Assembly: GCA_021813125.1 (NCBI GenBank)
Contig: JAKALT010000002.1
Location: 11,424-75,423, forward strand
Direction of reading: 5' to 3'
Source: a bacterium
Lineage (GTDB): Bacteria; Patescibacteriota; Microgenomatia; Curtissbacterales; GWA2-41-24
Length of the DNA stretch: 64,000 nt
Under the pieces are notes generated by a model. It was not told the DNA's origin. It did not search any database and was given only the letters and a program-made list of their open reading frames with translations. Of the stretch, positions 58,991-64,000 are shown piece by piece (positions within the stretch are counted from its first letter, which is position 1; every line of letters begins with the position of its first letter). Position numbers and translations under genes: made by a program.

Positions 58991-59036
58991 AAGGCCAGGC
59001 CTTTGTTAAGAAACCCCTAAGATAAGGCCTGGCCTT
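58991..59036. repeat. REP-like palindrome pair AAGGCCAGGCCTT / AAGGCCTGGCCTT
   Basis: Exact inverted pair; degenerate third copy at 58971. Confidence 0.75.
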
Positions 59037-59091
59037 TGCACCGTCTTTTGACTTTTCATAAATTGTGTGTGTAAAATCTAAAGGTTAACGG

Positions 59092-59622
59092 ATGAAGGCC
59101 TTTTTAAAAGAGCTGAAGTTCAAGTCCACAAAGCCTACTTATTTTTTGGACATCACGCCAGACATCAACGCCGCAATATCAAAGTCCAAAGTAAAACAAG
59201 GCTTTGTTTTTGTAAACACTAAGCACACAACGCTTGGAATTGTTGTTAATGAAATTGCAGAGCCAAATCTTCTTGAGGATATACTCCATCACACATTGCA
59301 TTCAATTCCTGAAGATAAGAGGTCGACAAGGGTTTCAAAAGACTACAAACACCCCACTACCGACTACAGACACAGATGCCAAGATAACCCTTACTGTAAT
59401 GAAATTGACGAAGACTATAATGCTGCAGCCCATATAAGGGCTCTGGAATTTTCTCACCCAAGTGTAGTTGTGCCGATACTTGCCGGTAAGCTGGAACTTG
59501 GAAAATACCAACAGGTTGCCGCGTTCGAATTTGACGGGCGTGACGGAAAAGGCAAAAACCCTGTCCGTGATAGAACAATACAAGTTTGGATTTGCCCGGC
59601 GGAAAAGATAACGAAAATTTAA
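59092..59622 (+). CDS. YjbQ (UPF0047) family protein with insertion
   Basis: HTT...NE, NAAAHIR, LGKYQ, EFDG. Confidence 0.85.
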   Translation: MKAFLKELKFKSTKPTYFLDITPDINAAISKSKVKQGFVFVNTKHTTLGIVVNEIAEPNLLEDILHHTLHSIPEDKRSTRVSKDYKHPTTDYRHRCQDNPYCNEIDEDYNAAAHIRALEFSHPSVVVPILAGKLELGKYQQVAAFEFDGRDGKGKNPVRDRTIQVWICPAEKITKI

Positions 59623-59628
59623 ACGTTG

Positions 59629-60699
59629 TTAAACTTTGCTTTTAATTTCCTGGGCTAAATAGGGATTCCACATTGCGCCGGTTGCGCTCATAACACAATC
59701 CGCTCCGGCTTTTTTGTACTCTTGATAATCTTTGGCATTTAGAACGCCACCGACGCCGGTGATGCTGAATCTGTAATTTTTCTTGTCTTTGATTGATTTT
59801 AACCTTTTGACCGTATCGAGTCCCGCCCATTTGATTCCATATCCGCAAACACCGCTTCGTAATCGGTTAGGCCCGGGAAGAGCTTGATTGCCATCTTCGT
59901 CTACAATCGTTGCCTGAAGTGTGTTAATACCCGCAACATCGTTAGCATATTCGTTGGCAATTTCTGCGAGTTTTTGCAAATCTTTCTCACTTTTGTAATA
60001 TCCGATCTTTAAGATCAAGGGGGTATTTCCGATTTCTTTTCTGATTCCTTTGACAACTTTTTCTGTGACTGGAAGGTTGTAGCAGACCAAGCCTTCGTTG
60101 CCGATGTTGGGACATGAAAGGTTTGCCTCCAAAACTTTGGCACCTGTTTCGTGTGCCAGCTTTGCCACTAGTGTGAAATCTTCAATAAATTGGTTCTGGG
60201 TCTGGTCTTTTTTGACCGTTCCCATAAAACTTAAGACCATCAGTTGGCCTTTTTTTGCATAGCTTATGGCTTTTTTGACATCTTCTTGCCAAATTTCCGG
60301 TTTCCTGGATGGAACACCAAATGAATTGGTAATGGAAATGGGATCCTGGTAATTTTCATCGGCAGTCACTTCTTTTTCCAACCGTTTTAGCTTTAAATCT
60401 TTTTCCCGGAAATGGACAGACAGGATGTTTGGAAATGCATGACAGGGGAATACATTTGCACGTACGGTTTTGTAAACACAAACGTCAAAACCTTTTTCGA
60501 ATGCTGATTTTATAAATTTACTGTTTAAGAGGGGGCCGGCGGGGATACCGAAGGGCAGATAAACTTTATGCCCCAAAAAATCATATTGAGGTTCGCCTTT
60601 TTGAATGTTTACTTTTCCGTCTGCAAAAGCACCGAATGGACCTTCATCGTAATTTTCCTCGTAAGAAATTGTGGGATCATAAAAAGGAACTTGAAGCAT
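59629..60699 (-). CDS. Divergent class-1-like dihydroorotate dehydrogenase
   Basis: PAGP, YKT, NSFG, NLSCPN, INT, GVGGV; downstream of pyrE/pyrF. Confidence 0.8.
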   Translation of the reverse strand: MLQVPFYDPTISYEENYDEGPFGAFADGKVNIQKGEPQYDFLGHKVYLPFGIPAGPLLNSKFIKSAFEKGFDVCVYKTVRANVFPCHAFPNILSVHFREKDLKLKRLEKEVTADENYQDPISITNSFGVPSRKPEIWQEDVKKAISYAKKGQLMVLSFMGTVKKDQTQNQFIEDFTLVAKLAHETGAKVLEANLSCPNIGNEGLVCYNLPVTEKVVKGIRKEIGNTPLILKIGYYKSEKDLQKLAEIANEYANDVAGINTLQATIVDEDGNQALPGPNRLRSGVCGYGIKWAGLDTVKRLKSIKDKKNYRFSITGVGGVLNAKDYQEYKKAGADCVMSATGAMWNPYLAQEIKSKV

Positions 60700-60726
60700 T
60701 TTGCCTATTTTAACCTACAAAGCGGA

Positions 60727-61389
60727 CTATTCAAACCCCATCTTTTTGCCCCAGCTGCGGGGATCTTGTGCCCATGTAAGAATTGTTGATACCTGATCTT
60801 TTTTTAAATAACCTTTTCTTGCTGCAACCTTTGCTGCAGTTTCGAGATCGGAAAGCGCGTGTAGTTTAACTTTGGCTTTTTTAAGGTTTTCTTTGGACTC
60901 TTCCATTTGGTATGTAAAAATTGCAAGCTCGTCGGTTACTTTAGCCCCTAATTTTCTAAGGGCTTCGATTACCCTAACGGAAGACCCTGCCGTAGAAACC
61001 AAATCTTCGATGACAAGGACCTGTTGTCCCCTTTTAATTTGACCTTCTACTTGATTGCCACGTCCATGTTCTTTTGGTTGTGAACGAACATAAACCATTG
61101 GGATATTTAATTTTTGGGCAATAAAGGCGGCATGAGGAATTCCTGCCGTTGCGGTTCCCGCAACAACATCCGGAATGCCTATTTTTTTTACTTCGGTAAT
61201 TAAAAAATTTACTATTTGATCGCGTGATTTTGGATGAGAAATGATCAAGCGGTTGTCTGTATAAACGGGGCTTAAAATACCTGAGTCGAATTTGAAAGGC
61301 TTGTTTCTGGAAAACAAAATGGCGCCGATGTCCAAGAGAATTTCTGCAACTTTTTGTGATGTCTTAATTTCTGTATTTGTTGATTTCAT
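60727..61389 (-). CDS. pyrE: Orotate phosphoribosyltransferase
   Basis: SPVYTDNR, KEHG, VIEDLVSTAGS. Confidence 0.95.
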   Translation of the reverse strand: MKSTNTEIKTSQKVAEILLDIGAILFSRNKPFKFDSGILSPVYTDNRLIISHPKSRDQIVNFLITEVKKIGIPDVVAGTATAGIPHAAFIAQKLNIPMVYVRSQPKEHGRGNQVEGQIKRGQQVLVIEDLVSTAGSSVRVIEALRKLGAKVTDELAIFTYQMEESKENLKKAKVKLHALSDLETAAKVAARKGYLKKDQVSTILTWAQDPRSWGKKMGFE

Positions 61390-62149
61390 TTTTTAAATCC
61401 TCTGCTGTCTTTTTGGGATCTTCGGCGTAAATTATGCCGCGTGAACTATTTATTATCAAGCCGTTTCCGTTGCCGGTTAATCCATTTTCGAGCGTCGCTT
61501 TTAAGTCTCCACCCTGGGCACCAATGCCAGCTATCAGAAACGGCATCTCTGGTGCAAGTTTTCTCAGAACCCCTATTTCTTGCGGCCAAGTTGCGCCTAT
61601 TTCCAAAAAGACATTAGGATATTTTTCGCTCCAGCTGATTATTTTTTTGGCAACTTCTACATACAGGGGGGTTTCTCCTACTTTTAGATCTTGGAAATCA
61701 GATGCACCCTGGTTGGATGTCCGGCAAATTACAAAAATCCCTTTATCTTCTCTTTGAAAAAAAGGCTCTAGCGAATCGAATCCGCAATAAGGGGTAACAG
61801 TTACGGCGTCAGCATTTACCATATCGAAAACTTCTCGAACGTACATTTCAGACGTGTGGCCAACATCGTTTCTTTTGGCATCTAGAAGGACCGGGATTTT
61901 CGGATAATTTTTATGGATATAGTTTACAGTTTGGATTAAACTTTCAAGCCCTTTTACGCCTGCGGCTGCATAAAATGCGATCTGAGGTTTATAGCAACAG
62001 ACGGATGATGATGTTTGGTCTATAATCTTTTTATTGAAGTCAAATTGGCTCTGCCCATTTTTAAGTTTTTGTGGATCCGGGTCTAGCCCCACACAGAGCA
62101 GGCTGTCGTTAAGTTTTTGAACCGCTAATAATTTATCGATAAATTTCAC
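61364..62149 (-). CDS. pyrF: Orotidine-5'-phosphate decarboxylase
   Basis: CVGLDP, YKPQ, DAKRND, GAQGG, NSSRGI. Confidence 0.95.
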   Translation of the reverse strand: MKFIDKLLAVQKLNDSLLCVGLDPDPQKLKNGQSQFDFNKKIIDQTSSSVCCYKPQIAFYAAAGVKGLESLIQTVNYIHKNYPKIPVLLDAKRNDVGHTSEMYVREVFDMVNADAVTVTPYCGFDSLEPFFQREDKGIFVICRTSNQGASDFQDLKVGETPLYVEVAKKIISWSEKYPNVFLEIGATWPQEIGVLRKLAPEMPFLIAGIGAQGGDLKATLENGLTGNGNGLIINSSRGIIYAEDPKKTAEDLKNEINKYRN

Positions 62150-63054
62150 TGAAGCTCTTCTTTAAGGCAGTCTGCAATAATTCCAGACACTGAAACTGTT
62201 TCTATTTTTTTACTTTTGTTTTCATTTTTAATACTGTCGGTTACAAAAATTTTGTCGATTTGGCTTGCTTCAAGATTTTTTATGGCATCACCCGCAAATA
62301 CCCCGTGAGTAGCACACACGATAACTTTCTTAACCCCTTTTTTCTTTAGAGAGTTAGCACTTTCTATAATTGTTCCCCCTGTTGAGATTACGTCGTCTAT
62401 TATGATTGCTGTGTCACCGGAAACTTCACCGGAGATCGAAAGTACTTCCATGTGATCCCTGACATTTGCTTGCCTCCGTTTTTCAATTACCGCAAGGGGT
62501 GCATTTAGGATTGCCGCAAAATTTCGCGCTCTTTTAACGCCACCCTCATCCGGCGCAACTACCAGCGGATTTTTGAACTGCTCCTTTTTAAGAGCTTCTG
62601 CTAAGGTTCCGAGCCCAGAAAGATAAATAACCGGCACATTAAAAAAACCAACAATTGCATCTGCGTGAAGGTCAAGACAAATAACTTTGTTTACTCCGCT
62701 TGCAATTATTAAATCCGCTATAACTTTTGCCGAAATTGGTTCTCCCCGACGTGTCTGCTTTTCTTTTCTGGAGTAGCCAAGATAAGGAATAATTGCCGTG
62801 ACTTTATGGGCCCCCGACCTCCTGAGTGCATCTGCAATAAGTGAAAGTTCGATTATATTGTCGTTTACCGGTATAGAGTTTGACTGCAAGATAAAAACCG
62901 TTGAATTGTTGACGTCGTCTTCTATCCATACATCTATTTCGGTATCGGAAAACATACCAAGATCGATTTTTCCTAAAGGTATTTTTGATTTTTGAGAAAC
63001 GAGTTTGGCTAGTGGTAAATTTGAGGACCCTGCGAATATTTTTGGGGAATTCAT
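62146..63054 (-). CDS. prs: Ribose-phosphate pyrophosphokinase
   Basis: DLHA, APDEGGVKRA, IDDVISTGGT. Confidence 0.95.
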   Translation of the reverse strand: MNSPKIFAGSSNLPLAKLVSQKSKIPLGKIDLGMFSDTEIDVWIEDDVNNSTVFILQSNSIPVNDNIIELSLIADALRRSGAHKVTAIIPYLGYSRKEKQTRRGEPISAKVIADLIIASGVNKVICLDLHADAIVGFFNVPVIYLSGLGTLAEALKKEQFKNPLVVAPDEGGVKRARNFAAILNAPLAVIEKRRQANVRDHMEVLSISGEVSGDTAIIIDDVISTGGTIIESANSLKKKGVKKVIVCATHGVFAGDAIKNLEASQIDKIFVTDSIKNENKSKKIETVSVSGIIADCLKEELQ

Positions 63055-63058
63055 CGAT

Positions 63059-63610
63059 TTAGAATTTCACTTTGACGTCGGCCCTCGCACCCTCATCTGC
63101 TTCAAAAAACAGTTCATCTTTAAATCCAAGCATGTTGGCAATTAGAACATTCGGGAAAACTTTAATTTTTGTGTTGTAATCCATGACGTTTGAGTTGTAA
63201 AACTGCCTTGCTGCCGCTACTTTAGTTTCTGTGTCCGAAAGTTCTTCCTGGAGTTCTTTAAAATTTTCCGATGCCCTTAAGTTTGGGTAAGCTTCTGCCA
63301 CTGCAAAAAGACTTTTTAGGGCGCCTGTCAGCATGTTATTTGCAGATGCCGCTTCTTTTGGAGTTTTTGCTCCTACTAACGCAGACCTCGCCTTGGTAAC
63401 ATTTTCAAAAACCTCTTTTTCGTGTTTTGCATATCCTTTGACAGTTTCCATTAAATTGGGAATAAGTGAGGACCTTCGCTTTAGTTGAACGTCTATTTGT
63501 GACCATGCTTCCTTAACGCGGATTCTTGCAGTAACTAGGCCGTTATAAAGGACCCAGATATAAATTAATATAATTGCAACTACCCCAAGTACTACTAAGT
63601 TTGATGGCAT
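63059..63610 (-). CDS. lemA: LemA family protein
   Basis: [21 protein letters not shown]; probable start MPSN. Confidence 0.94.
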   Translation of the reverse strand: MPSNLVVLGVVAIILIYIWVLYNGLVTARIRVKEAWSQIDVQLKRRSSLIPNLMETVKGYAKHEKEVFENVTKARSALVGAKTPKEAASANNMLTGALKSLFAVAEAYPNLRASENFKELQEELSDTETKVAAARQFYNSNVMDYNTKIKVFPNVLIANMLGFKDELFFEADEGARADVKVKF

Positions 63611-63617
63611 GGTTGTA

Positions 63618-63998
63618 TCATACTCCAAATATTTTACTGAATTCAAGCCAAGGCAGGGTATTGGCGATATCTTTGCCTTCTGCCCATCCGCGTCTTGCGA
63701 CCGATACTCCGAATTCCATGTTGTCCATTTGGGCTGTATCGTGGGCGTCGGTGTTTATGATCAGTTTTACTTTTGCGCCAATTGCTTCTTTGACTAAAAT
63801 GTCAGGAAGGTCCAGGCGATTTGGCCAGGCATTAATTTCTAACATCGTGTTTGTTTTCACGCAGACTTTAAACACTTCTTGCCAATTGGCATCAGAAGAA
63901 TCCCTTTGCAAAAGTAGCCTATTTGTCGGATGTGAAATAACGTTTACATAAGGAGATTCACAGGCTTTAAGAATCCTTTTTGTTATGAGTTCTCTTGG
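63618..63998 (-). CDS. C-terminal PHP domain (PolX/YcdX-like), 5' part outside window
   Basis: Frame open to the edge: [29 protein letters not shown]. Confidence 0.85.
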   Translation of the reverse strand, partial: PRELITKRILKACESPYVNVISHPTNRLLLQRDSSDANWQEVFKVCVKTNTMLEINAWPNRLDLPDILVKEAIGAKVKLIINTDAHDTAQMDNMEFGVSVARRGWAEGKDIANTLPWLEFSKIFGV

Positions 63999-64000
63999 TT

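Noticed and set aside
7720-63951. Numerous 60-180-aa ORFs overlapping recognised genes
   Set aside because: Antisense or off-frame shadows of well-supported CDSs with no motifs of their own.
1421-63998. Alternative genetic code (TGA recoding as in Gracilibacteria/Absconditabacteria)
   Set aside because: Conserved genes are full length under code 11 and several end in TGA with ATGA coupling.
1-64000. CRISPR array, rRNA, integrase or transposase
   Set aside because: No regularly spaced repeat-spacer series or recognisable motifs were seen; the REP-like pairs are dispersed, not arrayed.

Overview
This is a 64-kb chromosomal window from a small-genome bacterium using genetic code 11. Gene content and the many leaderless starts suggest Patescibacteria/CPR, probably Microgenomates-like (inference). 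Bases 1-~7.48 kb are an accessory defence island ending at tRNA-Arg(TCT). It holds (i) a ubiquitin-like conjugation operon on the minus strand: Ubl, a Cys-free E2-like protein, and a JAB-E1(ThiF) fusion that the ORF track missed and that runs off the left edge; its Ubl ends in Ser, not Gly; (ii) a second, divergent LexA-like repressor heading a C5-methyltransferase/PD-(D/E)xK nuclease/Vsr operon; (iii) a multi-zinc-ribbon protein with a divergent XRE regulator. The rest is mostly core genome: secG, yvcK, uvrC/A/B, lexA, gpmI-eno-ppsA, holA, xseAB, dinB, rpe, rnhB, rplS, dnaE, gatCAB, htpX, a partial pyrimidine cluster, lemA, a partial PHP-domain gene and four tRNAs in total. Non-coding signals include a TTCGG-N6-TTYGG direct-repeat LexA box at three SOS promoters, a candidate stand-alone ~55-nt sRNA, three dispersed pairs of REP-like palindromes and degenerate 7-bp tandem repeats. 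No CRISPR array, rRNA, integrase or transposase was seen.
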